Source: Anolis carolinensis (Eukaryota). Taken from it: DNA of 64,000 bases. Position numbers and translations under genes: made by a program. Every line of letters starts with the position of its first letter. The stretch's first letter is position 1. The notes beneath the pieces are model-generated. The model did no database searches, was not told the origin of the DNA, and saw nothing but the letters and a program-made list of their open reading frames with translations. The stretch is taken from the NCBI RefSeq assembly GCF_035594765.1, contig NC_085844.1, forward strand, positions 228,858,107 through 228,922,106. Reading direction: 5' to 3'. Shown one piece after another: positions 63,611-64,000 of this stretch.

Positions 63611-64000
63611 GTTCTCTTTTTTTCATCCAGTTTTTCATTCTTGACAGCAACAATTACACAGCTCTTCACAGCTGACAACTCTTTGTCAACACATTTGGTT
63701 GGCAAACATTGTATTATCGAAGGGAGGTTTCAGGGTTTTTCCCTAAAGGTTTTAACATTTTTGTAATCTTGGACTTGTTTCATGCTTTTTTAGGTCACAA
63801 TAGTGGTTATCCTCCTCTTGAGGCATTAGAATATAGCACTGAGTCCATATAATTTATAGCCAACTTTTCTGAACATTAGTAATAAAATCAGATATTGTTC
63901 ACGCAAATGTAATGGAATTGAATACTGCTATCACTAAATCTAATCCTATGGAAGCTTGTATTTAAGGCTGAAATTCTATGCACACTTGCTGGAGATTTTT

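Overview
Vertebrate (squamate, most likely Anolis lizard, inferred from the repeat families) genomic DNA. Two protein-coding genes lie on the minus strand in the same order as in human 20q13: PTGIS/CYP8A1 (prostacyclin synthase; exons 2-10 at 58404..31378, all splice sites and phases reconstructed, exon 1 not found and probably beyond the right edge) and, downstream of it, KCNB1/Kv2.1 (first coding exon 6609..6043; the rest lies beyond the left edge). A CpG island at ~13.15-14.21 kb is the likely distal KCNB1 promoter/non-coding first exon. The remainder is a dense mosaic of transposable elements: CR1, L2, RTE, Penelope, a Copia remnant, several SINE families, and hAT, Tc1/mariner and Harbinger-like MITEs, many nested. 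Highlights: two same-strand Penelope-derived minimal hammerhead ribozyme cores 1594 nt apart just upstream of the CpG island, an 82-bp TG..CA mini-element with 16-bp TIRs, a 5-bp TSD and a central CRE, a cluster of p53-family half-sites in PTGIS intron 6, and two multi-layer TE nests. Family names come from recall, not database searches; ends of degraded repeats are approximate.
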